This document shows, in pieces, positions 1 through 9,443 of a stretch of DNA of 64,000 bases. This DNA comes from Candidatus Dormiibacterota bacterium (GTDB lineage Bacteria; Vulcanimicrobiota; Vulcanimicrobiia; Vulcanimicrobiales; SCRA01). A program made the position numbers and the translations under genes. The DNA lies in the NCBI GenBank assembly GCA_035533275.1, contig DATLUD010000034.1, positions 28,067 through 92,066 of the forward strand, in the 5' to 3' direction. The notes beneath the pieces were generated by a model. It worked only from the letters and a program-made list of their open reading frames with translations, was not told the origin of the DNA and made no database searches. Numbering within the stretch: position 1 is the stretch's first letter; each line of letters starts with the position of its first letter.

Positions 1-1
1 C

Positions 2-616
2 GTCGACGCGCTGCTCGCGCAGGTCTCGCTCGACCCGCAGACCTATCGCTCGCGGTATCCCTCCCAACTCTCCGGGGGCCAGCAGCAGCGGGTGGGCATC
101 GCGCGGGCCTTGGCAGCCGAGCCAGGCATCCTCTTGATGGACGAACCGTTCGGCGCCGTCGACGCCATCGTGCGCGCCTCTCTCCAAGAGGAAACGACGG
201 CGTTGCAGCTGCGCCTGGGCTCGACCATCCTCTTCGTGACGCACGACGTGGAGGAGGCTCTCAAGCTCGCGCACCTGCTGGTGGTGATGCGCGACGGCCG
301 CATCGAGCAGGCCGGGACGCCGGCGGAGCTCTTGGCTCACCCGCGCACCCCGTTCGTCGCGGAGTTGCTGGACGCGCGGGACGCGCTGCGCCGCCTCTCC
401 GTGATGACCATCGGCGACCTGATCGCGGCACCCCCGGACGGCGAGCCTCCGCCGCTCGACGAGGCCGACGTCCCGCGCCTCGACGCGGGCGCGAGCTTGC
501 GCGAAGCGTTGGGGGCGATGCTGACCTCGGGAGGGCGGCGCGTCCGCGTGATGCGCGGCGGGCGCGACGTGACCGTGCTCGATCTCGACGATCTGCGCCG
601 AGCGCTGCGGCCGTGA
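2..616 (+). CDS. ABC transporter ATP-binding subunit (osmoprotectant ProV/OpuA-like), 5' end outside window
   Basis: Frame is open from the window edge. Has the ABC signature [15 protein letters not shown], Walker [13 protein letters not shown] and H-loop FVTHD, plus a CBS-like C-terminal tail. Its stop overlaps the next start (GTGA at 613-616). Confidence 0.85.
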   Translation, partial: VDALLAQVSLDPQTYRSRYPSQLSGGQQQRVGIARALAAEPGILLMDEPFGAVDAIVRASLQEETTALQLRLGSTILFVTHDVEEALKLAHLLVVMRDGRIEQAGTPAELLAHPRTPFVAELLDARDALRRLSVMTIGDLIAAPPDGEPPPLDEADVPRLDAGASLREALGAMLTSGGRRVRVMRGGRDVTVLDLDDLRRALRP

Positions 617-1236
617 GCTGGCTCGCCCACCACGCCGGGGAGATCGCCGCGCGGACCTTGCAGCATCTCGCGCTCGCGGGCACCTCGTTCGCCATCGCCG
701 TCGCCCTGGCGCTGCCGCTGGGTCTGCTGGCGGCGCGCCGCCGCCGCGTGGGGCTCCCGCTCATCGCGGCGCTCGATGCGATCTACACGATCCCCAGCCT
801 GGCGCTCTTCGCCTTGCTGATCCCGCTGCTGGGCCTGGGCTTCTGGACGGCGGTGACGGGGCTCGTGGCCTACGCCCAGATCATCCTCGTGCGCAACCTG
901 ATCGCCGCGATCGAGAGCGTTCCGCCGTGGATGGTCGACGCGGCGCGCGGTCTGGGCATGACCTCGCTGCAGATCTTCGCGCGCGTCGAATTGCCGGTGG
1001 CCGCTCCCGTGGCAATCGCTGGAGCGCGCGTGGCCGCGCTCTCGATCATCGCCATCGCGAGCGTCGCGGCCTGGATCAACGCGGGCGGCCTGGGGGCGCT
1101 GATCTTCGCCGGCATCGAGCGTCAGGACATCCGGCTGGTGGCCGCCGGAACGCTGAGCATCGGCGCGCTCGCGCTCCTGACCGACGGGCTCCTGCGGGCG
1201 CTCGAGCGGGCGGTCACACCGCGCGCAGCAGGCTAA
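613..1236 (+). CDS. ABC transporter permease (binding-protein-dependent inner-membrane component)
   Basis: 207 aa multi-TM protein directly coupled to the ATPase gene. GTG start inside a GTGA overlap. Hydrophobic pattern is typical of OpuB/OpuC-type permeases. Confidence 0.85.
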   Translation: MSWLAHHAGEIAARTLQHLALAGTSFAIAVALALPLGLLAARRRRVGLPLIAALDAIYTIPSLALFALLIPLLGLGFWTAVTGLVAYAQIILVRNLIAAIESVPPWMVDAARGLGMTSLQIFARVELPVAAPVAIAGARVAALSIIAIASVAAWINAGGLGALIFAGIERQDIRLVAAGTLSIGALALLTDGLLRALERAVTPRAAG

Positions 1237-2191
1237 GCGCGAAGAGACGCCCCTCGTCGTGCCAGGTGCGCTCGCGCGCAAAGCCGCCGGCGGCCGCCAT
1301 CTCGTCGATCTGGCCCTCCGAGTACTTGTAGGAGTCCTCCGTGTGGATGCGTTCGCCGGCCAGGATGCGCACCGTCAGGCCCAGGGCCCGGATGCGCACC
1401 TCCTGCGAGCGGATGCAGACCAGATGACTCGAGACGCAGCCGCGCCCCACGTCGTACGCGGCGACGTGGCGGAAGCGGGCCACGTCGAAGTCGGCGCCAA
1501 GCTCGCGGTTGATGCGCACGAGCACGTTGCGCTCGAAGGCCGCGGTCACGCCGAGCGCGTCGTCATAGGCGGCCTCCAGCAGCGCGGGGTCCTTGCGCAA
1601 GTCGGTGCCCAGGAGGAGGGCGTCCCCGGGGCGGAGCGCGGCGCGCAGGCGCCGCAGCAGCACGTGCGCCTCGTCCGAATCGAGATTGCCGATGTTGGAC
1701 CCCAGGAAGAGCGCGAGCGCGCGTGAGCCGCTCAACTTGATCGCCGCCAGGCCCGCGTCGTAGTCTCCGGCATAGCCGGTGATCGTCAAGTCGGGGTAGC
1801 TCGCGACCATGCTCCGGCACGCCGCGACGAGCGCCCCCTCCGCGATGTCGACAGCGTGGAGCTGGACGTTCCCGCGTGCCCTGAGCGCCGCCTCGATGAT
1901 CGCGCGGGTCTTCGCTCCGCTTCCGCCGCCCAGCTCCACGATCTCGTCGGGGAGACCGGCTGCGGAGATCAGGGCATCGCTCTCGCGCTCGATGATCTCG
2001 CGCTCGGCACGGGTCAGGTAGTACTCGGGCAGCTCGGTGATCGCCTCGAAGAGCGTCGAACCGAGCGCATCGTAGAGATACTTGGCCGGCAGCCTGCGCG
2101 GAGTGGAGAGCAGACCTGCACGCACGTCGTCGGCGAAGGTCCCGCCACCGCTCTCGAGCCGAACCACGCGCCAGCGTTGCGTCGAGATCAT
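1214..2191 (-). CDS. egtD: EgtD-family L-histidine N(alpha)-methyltransferase-like protein
   Basis: Start set at the internal ATG (MISTQRW) at 2191. Has YLYDALGSTLFEAITELPEYYLTRAEREI, VELGGGSGAKTR, FLGSNIGN and GVTAAFERNVL, colinear with mycobacterial EgtD as I recall it. About 325 aa, as expected. The upstream part of the 447-aa ORF is Arg/Gly-rich junk overlapping ppk. Confidence 0.8.
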   Translation of the reverse strand: MISTQRWRVVRLESGGGTFADDVRAGLLSTPRRLPAKYLYDALGSTLFEAITELPEYYLTRAEREIIERESDALISAAGLPDEIVELGGGSGAKTRAIIEAALRARGNVQLHAVDIAEGALVAACRSMVASYPDLTITGYAGDYDAGLAAIKLSGSRALALFLGSNIGNLDSDEAHVLLRRLRAALRPGDALLLGTDLRKDPALLEAAYDDALGVTAAFERNVLVRINRELGADFDVARFRHVAAYDVGRGCVSSHLVCIRSQEVRIRALGLTVRILAGERIHTEDSYKYSEGQIDEMAAAGGFARERTWHDEGRLFALSLLRAV

Positions 2192-4305
2192 CAGAGGCGC
2201 AGGCTCGGATCGGTTAGGAAGCGCGCCTGCGAGGAGCGAGGCTCCGCGCCCGGTTCCGGGCGGCGCCGGACATAGCGTCCGTCGCGCTGGAGCTCGCGCG
2301 CCATCACGTCGTCCTCGAGAAAGACGTTGACGAAGGTGCCGCAGATCCACGCGCGCAACGCCGCGTCCTCGATGGGCGTCATCACCTCGACGCGCCGGTC
2401 CAGGTTGCGCCCCATCCAGTCGGCGCTGCCCAGGTAGACCTGCACCTCTCCGCCGTTGGCGAAGCACCACGCCCGGGAATGCTCCAAGAACCGCCCCACG
2501 ATGCTGATCACGCGGATGCGCTCGCTCACGCCCGGAATCCCCGGACGCAGCACGCACATCCCGCGCACGATCAAGTCGATCTCCACGCCCGCTTGAGAGG
2601 CCGCGTACAGGGCGCGGATCACGGCATGGTCGGTGACGGCGTTCATCTTCGCGACGATGCGGGCGACCCGGCCGCGGCGGGCGTGTTCGGCTTCGCGCTC
2701 GATCAGCTCGATGACGGAGGCGCGCAGGTTGATCGGCGCCACCAGCAGCTTACGGTACTGCTCGCGACGCGAGAAGCCCGTCAGATAGTTGAACAGGTCG
2801 GTGACGTCCGCCCCGATGTCGGCGCGGCAGGTGAAGTAGGAGAGATCCGTGTAGACGCGCGCCGTCTTGTCGTTGTAGTTGCCGGTGCCGATGTGGACGT
2901 ACCGCCGCAGGCCGTCATCCTCCTTGCGCACCACCAGCGTGGTCTTGCAGTGCGTCTTCAAGCCCACCAACCCGTAGACCACGTGCACGCCCGCGCGCTC
3001 CAGATTGCGCGCCCAATGGATGTTGTTCTCCTCGTCGAAACGCGCCTTGAGCTCGACCAGCGCGGCCACCTGCTTGCCGTTCTCCACGGCCTCCATCAGC
3101 GCGCGCACCACCGGCGAGTCGCCGCTCGTGCGGTAGAGCGTCTGCTTGATGGCCAGCACCTGCGGGTCGTCGGCGGCTTCCTGGACGAACTGGACGACGG
3201 GATCGAACGAGTCGTAGGGATGGTGGAGCAGCACGTCGTTCTCGCGGATCGCCGCGAAGAAGTCCGTGAGGCCGTGGAACCGGGCGGGGACGGCCGGAGA
3301 GAACGGCTTGTCGCGCAGCTCGGGCACGTCGAGGCTCGCCAGCGCCATGAAGTCGCCCACGGCCAGCGGGCCGTCGACGCGGTAGACATCCTGCTCCTCG
3401 ACCTCGATCCCGTCCATCAGCAGCGCGAGCATGCGCTCCGGCATCCGGGTATCCACCTCGAGGCGCACCGCCGCGCCGAAGCGCCGCTTGCGCAGCTCCG
3501 ACTCCACCATCTCGAGCAGGTCGTCCGCCTCGTCTTCCTGCAAGTCGAGGTCGGCGTTGCGCGTCACGCGGAAGCGGTACCACGAGCGAACCCGCATGCC
3601 GGGGAAGAGATCGCCGAGATTGTCGCCGATGACGTCTTCCAGCAGGGCAAAGCGGTGCGGCGCGCCGGGCTGCGGCTCCAACGGGATGAAGCGCGGAAGC
3701 ACCTGCGGCACCTTCACGCGCGCGAAGTGCGTCCGCTCGTGGTCGCCGCTCGGGTCCTCGATCTCCACCGCCAGCGAGAGGCTCAGGTTGGAGATGTACG
3801 GGAACGGGTGCCCGGGGTCCACCGCGAGCGGCGTGAGCACGGCGAAGACCTGATCGTCGAAGTAGCGCCGCAGCCCGCCGCGGTCGGCGGGGCGCAGATC
3901 GTCGTGCGAGACCAGGGCGACCCCGTGCGATGCCAACGCGGGCAGCAGCTCGTCCTGCAGAGCGCCCACCTGGCGCTCGACGAGCGGATCGAGGTTCTCG
4001 CGGATGAGACGCAAGTGGTCGGCCGGGAGGATGCCGTCGTCGGACGGCCGCACCACGCCCGCGTCGATCTGCTGCTTGAGCCCGGCCACCCGGATCATGA
4101 AAAACTCGTCGAGGTTGGTCGCGAAGATGGCGCAGAACTTCAGGCGCTCCAGCAGCGGGTGCTGGGGATCGAAGGCCTCGTCGAGCACGCGCGCGTTGAA
4201 GGCCAGCCAGCTGAGCTCGCGGCTGAAGTACAGAGTGGGGTCGTCGAGATCGAGCTCTGCGCGATCACGCGGCCGGCGCAGCTCCGCGCCCGCGGATTCC
4301 AGCAT
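2191..4305 (-). CDS. ppk: polyphosphate kinase 1
   Basis: Start set at MLESAG (4305) because PPK1 proteins begin just before YFSRELSWLAFNARVL. Full-length PPK1 architecture of about 704 aa, including the C-terminal PLD-like HxK regions. Its stop shares one nucleotide with the egtD start (TGATG). Confidence 0.9.
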   Translation of the reverse strand: MLESAGAELRRPRDRAELDLDDPTLYFSRELSWLAFNARVLDEAFDPQHPLLERLKFCAIFATNLDEFFMIRVAGLKQQIDAGVVRPSDDGILPADHLRLIRENLDPLVERQVGALQDELLPALASHGVALVSHDDLRPADRGGLRRYFDDQVFAVLTPLAVDPGHPFPYISNLSLSLAVEIEDPSGDHERTHFARVKVPQVLPRFIPLEPQPGAPHRFALLEDVIGDNLGDLFPGMRVRSWYRFRVTRNADLDLQEDEADDLLEMVESELRKRRFGAAVRLEVDTRMPERMLALLMDGIEVEEQDVYRVDGPLAVGDFMALASLDVPELRDKPFSPAVPARFHGLTDFFAAIRENDVLLHHPYDSFDPVVQFVQEAADDPQVLAIKQTLYRTSGDSPVVRALMEAVENGKQVAALVELKARFDEENNIHWARNLERAGVHVVYGLVGLKTHCKTTLVVRKEDDGLRRYVHIGTGNYNDKTARVYTDLSYFTCRADIGADVTDLFNYLTGFSRREQYRKLLVAPINLRASVIELIEREAEHARRGRVARIVAKMNAVTDHAVIRALYAASQAGVEIDLIVRGMCVLRPGIPGVSERIRVISIVGRFLEHSRAWCFANGGEVQVYLGSADWMGRNLDRRVEVMTPIEDAALRAWICGTFVNVFLEDDVMARELQRDGRYVRRRPEPGAEPRSSQARFLTDPSLRL

Positions 4306-4383
4306 AGGGGAAAGGCCTTCGGCGCCCGCTGCAGGGGCAACCTCTTGAAAAGAGATTCCGCGGGGAGCGAGAACCTGCGTGCG

Positions 4384-4935
4384 GTGAGCCGACGCCTCCG
4401 CGCCCTCGTTCCGCTGGGCGCACTGACCCTTGCCTTCGCGCTGGCGTACTTCGCCGTCCATCACCGGCACGTGCTGCAAGCCTGGCTCATCCAGGCCGGG
4501 CCCATGGGACCGCTCGTCTCCGTGGCCATCTACGTCCTCCTGGTCAGCTCACCGTTCGTCTCCTCGGATATCCTCGCGTTGCTCAACGGAGCCATCTTCG
4601 GATTCTGGGAGGGGGCGCTCATCAACTGCGTAGGCGTGATGCTGGGAGGCGTGAGCACGTACCTCATCGCCCGGCGGACCGGGGAGTTCCTGGACATCCA
4701 CGAGGAACTCGAGCGCCTGCCCCCTTGGGTCAAGCGCCTGCCGGTCGGCTCACCGCTCTTCCTGCTGGCGCTGCGGATGGTCCCCTGGGTCGGCGGCACG
4801 ATCGCCAACAACGTGGCCGGATTCTACAAGATCTCGATCTTCCGCCACCTCTGGACCACCGCCGTCATCGCCATCCCGGTGGCCGTCATCACGGCCTATA
4901 TCGGCTGGACGGCCACGACGGGCCTGATCCGGTAG
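4384..4935 (+). CDS. TVP38/TMEM64 (VTT-domain, DedA-related) membrane protein
   Basis: Only the 3' part of the 818-aa ORF is plausible. It contains LLNGAIFGFWEGALINCVGVMLGGVSTYLIARR and LALRMVPWVGGTIANNVAGF. GTG at 4384 follows GGGGAGCGAG. The start is uncertain (TTG at 4345 is an alternative). Confidence 0.6.
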   Translation: MSRRLRALVPLGALTLAFALAYFAVHHRHVLQAWLIQAGPMGPLVSVAIYVLLVSSPFVSSDILALLNGAIFGFWEGALINCVGVMLGGVSTYLIARRTGEFLDIHEELERLPPWVKRLPVGSPLFLLALRMVPWVGGTIANNVAGFYKISIFRHLWTTAVIAIPVAVITAYIGWTATTGLIR

Positions 4936-4959
4936 CCGCGGCGCGCCCCGCCACGCGCG

Positions 4960-5220
4960 CTACGAACAGACGTTCGATCCCGACCGATCATCGCCTCGCT
5001 CGCTCCGGGGAGCATCCTGCAAGGGTATCTCGCGGTACGGCAACAAATCTTCCCCGGGATGGGTCTTAGCAAGGCGGGCCGCCATTCGAACGGCGCGCCG
5101 CTTGAGGTGCTCATGAATCCAGACCCAGGCGACCAAGGCGAAAACCCCCGTCGCGTAGCCGAAGATGAGCGCGAGGGTCAGGGGAGAAGCAGGGTCATGG
5201 GGGCGGATCGAGCCAAACAT
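4960..5220 (-). CDS. hypothetical small membrane protein (weak call)
   Basis: One predicted TM segment (LTLALIFGYATGVFALVAWVWI). GC3 is only about 72%, lower than in confident genes. Start chosen at MFGSIRP; alternatives at 5295 and 5322. Confidence 0.25.
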   Translation of the reverse strand: MFGSIRPHDPASPLTLALIFGYATGVFALVAWVWIHEHLKRRAVRMAARLAKTHPGEDLLPYREIPLQDAPRSERGDDRSGSNVCS

Positions 5221-5293
5221 GTGCCCGCCAAGACCTCCGCCGAGCCAACTAGAGTTGCGCTCGGCATCTCGTGAATGAGGAAGATCAAAGAGC

Positions 5294-5479
5294 ATGGCCG
5301 AGGCCGGATCCTTTCCCACCACCGTGATCGGGCGGCGCCGCTACGTGGCGTCGGTATCCGACGCTGACGGCCGCAAGTGGACGATCGCCGTCGAGGGACG
5401 CAACCAAGACGATGCCCGCCGCGCGGTAGAGCCGATGCTTCGCACCGGCGAGACGCTGCACGGGATCGTCGAGCAGTAG
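5294..5479 (+). CDS. hypothetical 61-aa protein
   Basis: ATG preceded by GAGGAAG. GC3 about 85% with balanced composition. Ends 14 nt before the glycosyltransferase start. Confidence 0.5.
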   Translation: MAEAGSFPTTVIGRRRYVASVSDADGRKWTIAVEGRNQDDARRAVEPMLRTGETLHGIVEQ

Positions 5480-5493
5480 CCACGTCCGGGATC

Positions 5494-6654
5494 ATGAGGC
5501 GGCGGATCCTCTTTCTCATCTCCGACAGCGGCGGCGGGCATCGCGCCGGCGCGGAGGCGATCGCCGCGGCGCTCGCCGAGCGTCCTGACGCCGACGTCTT
5601 CGAGTACCGCATCGAGGATGCGCTGGTCCAGTGCCGTTTCCCGTTGAGCGCGCTCAACACGGGTTACCATCTCGCGCTCAAGTACGGCCCTTTCGTCTAC
5701 GGGGCGCTCTATCACGCCACCAACGGGGAACGCCGCTACCGCACGCTGGTGGAGAGCTGCACCTCGCTCTACCGCCACGCCCTGATGCGCCTGCTGCGCT
5801 CGTATAATCCCGACGTCATCGTCTCGGTCCATCCGCTGCTCAACCACGTGGCCTTGCGCGCACGCGCCGAAGTCGGCAGCCGCGCTCCGGTGATCACGGT
5901 GATCACCGACCTCGGCCGGGTGCACGCCGGCTGGATCGCTCCCGCCGCCGACGCCATCATCGTCCCCTCCGCCGAGGTGCGCTCGGTGGCCATCGAGCGC
6001 GGCGTGCCGCCTCAGAAGGTCCACCTGCTCGGCCATCCGGTCCACCCGCGCTTCGCCGACTACGACGAGTCGCGCGAAGAGATCCGAGACCGGCTGGGAC
6101 TGCCGCAGGATCGCCAGGTCGTGCTCCTGATGGCCGGCGGCGAGGGAGGCGGCAAGCTCTCCCGCATCGCCGACGCGATCGGCACGGCAGGCCTGCCCAA
6201 TGCTCACGTGGTCGTGTGCACCGGGCGCAACGAGACGCTCAAGCACCGTCTCGAGGAGGCGCAGCCGACCTTCGACGTGCCGATGACCGTCATCGGCTTC
6301 ACCAACGAGATCCCCGCGCTGATGCGCGCCGCCAACCTCCTGGTCACCAAGGCCGGACCCGGCGCCATCGCGGAGGCCTGCGTCGCCGCCGTGCCGATGG
6401 TGGTCTACGACTACGTTCCGGGTCAGGAGCGCGGCAACATCGATCACGTCATCCGCACCGGCATCGGCGAGGTCACGCTCTCCGTGAATCAGACGGTGCG
6501 CGCCGTCAAGCGGCTCCTGCGGGATCCCAAGCGCCTCGAGCGCATGCGCGAGTGCGAGCGGCGGATCGCCCGCCCCCAAGCCTCGCGGCAGATCGCGGAC
6601 CTGATCATCGGCTTCGCGGGCATTCGCCAACCCGAGCTGGCCGCGGCGCGCTAG
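5494..6654 (+). CDS. MGDG-synthase-like (GT28) diacylglycerol glycosyltransferase
   Basis: Start at MRRRILFLISDSGGGHRAGAEAIAAAL, the N-terminal motif of the MGDG synthase family. The C-terminal GT-B half contains LVTKAGPGAIAEA. 386 aa. Confidence 0.8.
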   Translation: MRRRILFLISDSGGGHRAGAEAIAAALAERPDADVFEYRIEDALVQCRFPLSALNTGYHLALKYGPFVYGALYHATNGERRYRTLVESCTSLYRHALMRLLRSYNPDVIVSVHPLLNHVALRARAEVGSRAPVITVITDLGRVHAGWIAPAADAIIVPSAEVRSVAIERGVPPQKVHLLGHPVHPRFADYDESREEIRDRLGLPQDRQVVLLMAGGEGGGKLSRIADAIGTAGLPNAHVVVCTGRNETLKHRLEEAQPTFDVPMTVIGFTNEIPALMRAANLLVTKAGPGAIAEACVAAVPMVVYDYVPGQERGNIDHVIRTGIGEVTLSVNQTVRAVKRLLRDPKRLERMRECERRIARPQASRQIADLIIGFAGIRQPELAAAR

Positions 6655-6667
6655 CGAAGACAAGGCC

Positions 6668-7426
6668 ATGGCCAGGCAAGACGCGGGAACCATCGTCGTG
6701 ACTGGCGGCAGCCGAGGCATCGGCGCCGCCGTCTGCGCGCTCGCCGCGCGCCGCGGCTACGCCGTGGCCGTCAACTACGCCTCCGACCAGGCCGCCGCGC
6801 AGCGCGTGATGCGCGAGATCGAGGCCGCCGGCGGACGCGCCGCCGCGCTGCAAGGCGACGTGGCTCGCGAGGACGAGGCCGTCCGCCTCTTCGAGACGGC
6901 GGAACGCACGCTGGGTCAGATCACGGCACTGGTCAACAACGCCGGCATCACGGGCGGCATCTCGCGCTTGGAATCCCTGAGCGCCGAGGCCCTGCGGCGC
7001 GTCCTCGCCGTCAACGTCGAGGGGACGTTCTTCTGCGCCCGCGAGGCGGTGCGGCGCATGTCCACGCGCAACGGCGGCCGCGGCGGGGCCATCGTCAACC
7101 TCTCCTCGCTGGCGGCGCGCCTCGGCGGTTCGGGCGAGTGGCTGCACTACGCCGCCAGCAAAGGCGCCGTCGACACCTTCACGGTGGGCTTGGCGCGCGA
7201 AGTCGCGCGCGAGGGCATCCGCGTCAACGCCGTGGCGCCTGGCTTGATCGAGACGGAGATCCACGCTGCGGCGGGAGCTCCCGATCGCGCGGAGCGCATG
7301 GCTCCCTTGATTCCCATGGGCCGCGCCGGCACGGCGGCGGAAGTGGCGGAGACGATCCTCTGGCTGCTCTCGCCCGCGGCATCCTACGTGACGGGAACGA
7401 TCGTCGAGGTGGGCGGCGGGCGGTAG
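6668..7426 (+). CDS. SDR family oxidoreductase
   Basis: Has TGGSRGIGAAV (cofactor binding), NNAG, and YAASKGAV (the YxxxK catalytic motif). 252 aa. Confidence 0.9.
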   Translation: MARQDAGTIVVTGGSRGIGAAVCALAARRGYAVAVNYASDQAAAQRVMREIEAAGGRAAALQGDVAREDEAVRLFETAERTLGQITALVNNAGITGGISRLESLSAEALRRVLAVNVEGTFFCAREAVRRMSTRNGGRGGAIVNLSSLAARLGGSGEWLHYAASKGAVDTFTVGLAREVAREGIRVNAVAPGLIETEIHAAAGAPDRAERMAPLIPMGRAGTAAEVAETILWLLSPAASYVTGTIVEVGGGR

Positions 7427-7448
7427 TAGACCGCCGCGCCGCCGCGCG

Positions 7449-7643
7449 TTACGGCCGCTCGTCGCGCAGCGCCTTGCGCAGCTCGTCCATCAGCGCGGGC
7501 GAGTCGCTATGCCCGTGGCTCGAGACGGCGTGCTCGCGTGCCGCCTTGAGCACCTCGGCCTCCGACCCCGAGATGGCAAGCGTGCAGTTCTGCTCGCTGG
7601 GAAAGAGCCGGCAGTCGATGACCTTACGCGTTGCTACTGCCAT
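7449..7643 (-). CDS. DUF1059-like small protein
   Basis: Start at MAVATRKVIDCR, with GGAGGA 6 nt upstream. The 64-aa length and the CxxxxxxxxC...HGH pattern fit DUF1059 as I recall it. Confidence 0.65.
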   Translation of the reverse strand: MAVATRKVIDCRLFPSEQNCTLAISGSEAEVLKAAREHAVSSHGHSDSPALMDELRKALRDERP

Positions 7644-7665
7644 GGTGTCCTCCTGTAGGAAGTGA

Positions 7666-8742
7666 TTATGGGCGTGCCTCGTAAACCAGGTTGAACGGCG
7701 TCTCCGCCGCACGGCGGAAGCGCGTGAAGCCGCCGTCGCGCACGACGTCGGCGATGCGCCGCTCGCCGGCCTGGGCGCCCAGCCCCAGACCGACCTCTTG
7801 CGCCAGCGAAGACGGCGTGCACAGCATGGTCGAGGCCGCGTAGAACATGCGCCCGATCGGGTTGAGATTCTCCTCCGGCCGGTCGTAAGCGAAGGGCTCG
7901 ACGATCATCCACGTGCCCTCGGGACTCAGCGTCTCCAAGACGTGACGGGCCGCGCCGACCGGGTCGCCCATGTCGTGCAGGCAGTCGAAGAAGGCGACGA
8001 AGTCGTAGCCCTCTCCCGGATACTCCCTGGCCGTCGCCACGCCGAACTCGACGCGGTCCTCCACGCCGGCCGCCGCCGCGCGCTCGCGCGCGCCCCGGAT
8101 CGAGCCCTCGTGGTAGTCGAATCCGCGAAAGACGGAGGCCGGATAGGCCTGGGCCATCAGGATCGTGGAGGCTCCCAGGCCGCAGCCGACGTCGGCCACG
8201 CGCGCGCCGGCCTGCAGACGCTTCTCCACGCCCTCGAGCGCCGGGATCCACTCCGAGACGAGATGCGCGTTGTACGACGGCCGGAAGAAGCGCTCGGTGC
8301 CCTCGTAGAGCCGCCCGTCGTGATCGTGCCAGCCCACGCCCTCGCCGGTGCGGAACGCCTGCGCGATCCGCGGCTCGTCCGCGAAGACCGCCTCGATGAT
8401 CTGGAAGAGACCTTGCGCGAAGAGCGGACTCGACTCATCGGCCAACATGAGCGCTTGCTCCGGCGGCAGCTCGTAGCGCCCCGTCGCCGGATCGTAGGTG
8501 AGGTAGCCGCCCGCGGCTTGATTCTGCAACCACTCGCGCACGTAGCGTTCGTGCGTGCCGGTGGCTTGGGCCAACTCGCTCGACGTCATCGCTCCGCCGC
8601 GGTGGAGCGCGCGATAGAGACCCAGCTTGTCGCCGATCACCACCAGCGACGCGCTCATCGCGGCGCCGGCATCGGCGATGGCTCGCTCGATGAACGCGTT
8701 CAGCCTCGCTTCGTCGATCGCCCGCATGGTCTGATTCGCCAT
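7666..8742 (-). CDS. class I SAM-dependent methyltransferase
   Basis: Start at MANQTMRA, with a strong GGAGGAGG RBS. Motif I is ADVGCGLGAS. The N-terminal segment looks like a helix-turn-helix dimerisation region (LGLYRAL...TSSELA). Confidence 0.85.
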   Translation of the reverse strand: MANQTMRAIDEARLNAFIERAIADAGAAMSASLVVIGDKLGLYRALHRGGAMTSSELAQATGTHERYVREWLQNQAAGGYLTYDPATGRYELPPEQALMLADESSPLFAQGLFQIIEAVFADEPRIAQAFRTGEGVGWHDHDGRLYEGTERFFRPSYNAHLVSEWIPALEGVEKRLQAGARVADVGCGLGASTILMAQAYPASVFRGFDYHEGSIRGARERAAAAGVEDRVEFGVATAREYPGEGYDFVAFFDCLHDMGDPVGAARHVLETLSPEGTWMIVEPFAYDRPEENLNPIGRMFYAASTMLCTPSSLAQEVGLGLGAQAGERRIADVVRDGGFTRFRRAAETPFNLVYEARP

Positions 8743-8846
8743 CGCCGCCTCCTCCGTGCTAGAGGGTTCCATTTCGTGATGCAGGAAGCGTACCGCCCCA
8801 GCGTGGGCGCGATCAATACGCCGATTGGCGTAAGGCCAGAGGTCCA

Positions 8847-9443
8847 ATGGGAGTCCTCTCCGGCGCAGATTACGAAGCGCTTCTCCAGGTGATCGAGGAG
8901 CTCCACGACGCGGGATGGCGCCTGGACGGCCCGCATGCCGTGCTCGCCCGCATCGCCGCGCTGATTCCCTGCGACGTGATCTCCATTGCGTACGTCGATG
9001 CATCGCACGTCCCTCGGTGCACGCGCGCGCGCTCCCTGCGCACCGAGATCGCCCTGCGCTTCGAGCTGGCGGCGGTCGCCTCGCCCGCCGCTCGCGGCGT
9101 CGTGGTGCTCGCGCTCGGCCGCTCGTCGACCGACTTCAGCGAGCGCGACCGGGCATTGGCGGAGCGCCTCGTGCCGCACCTGCGCCAGGCGCTCGGATCG
9201 CTGCGCCCCGACGCGTTGCCCGCAAGCGGCGTCCGCGTGTGGCCAACGGGCGACCTGACGCCGCGAGAGCACGAGATCGTGCGCTGCGTGGCCGACGGCG
9301 CCACGAACCGCATCATCGCCTTACGACTGGGCATCTCCCCGCGCACGGTGCAGAAGCACCTCGAGCACGTCTACGAGAAGCTCGGGGTCGAGACGCGCAC
9401 AGCGGCGGCGATGCGCCTGGGACGCGCCGGCTCCAACGCCTAG
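8847..9443 (+). CDS. LuxR-family transcriptional regulator
   Basis: C-terminal LuxR HTH: LTPREHEIVRCVADGATNRIIALRLGISPRTVQKHLEHVYEKLGV. The N-terminal region is a sensor-like domain of unknown type. Confidence 0.85.
   Translation: MGVLSGADYEALLQVIEELHDAGWRLDGPHAVLARIAALIPCDVISIAYVDASHVPRCTRARSLRTEIALRFELAAVASPAARGVVVLALGRSSTDFSERDRALAERLVPHLRQALGSLRPDALPASGVRVWPTGDLTPREHEIVRCVADGATNRIIALRLGISPRTVQKHLEHVYEKLGVETRTAAAMRLGRAGSNA

Noticed and set aside
1214-1236. Convergent 3'-end overlaps: egtD-like with the ABC permease (23 nt), and the helicase with threonine dehydratase at 33224-33234 (11 nt)
   Set aside because: These are real in the sequence but common in compact GC-rich genomes. No additional structure was seen, so they are not reported as findings.
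2479-4383. N-terminal 630 aa of the 818-aa plus-strand ORF
   Set aside because: It is antisense to ppk1. Only the last 183 or so codons, after the ppk start, encode a credible (VTT-domain) protein.
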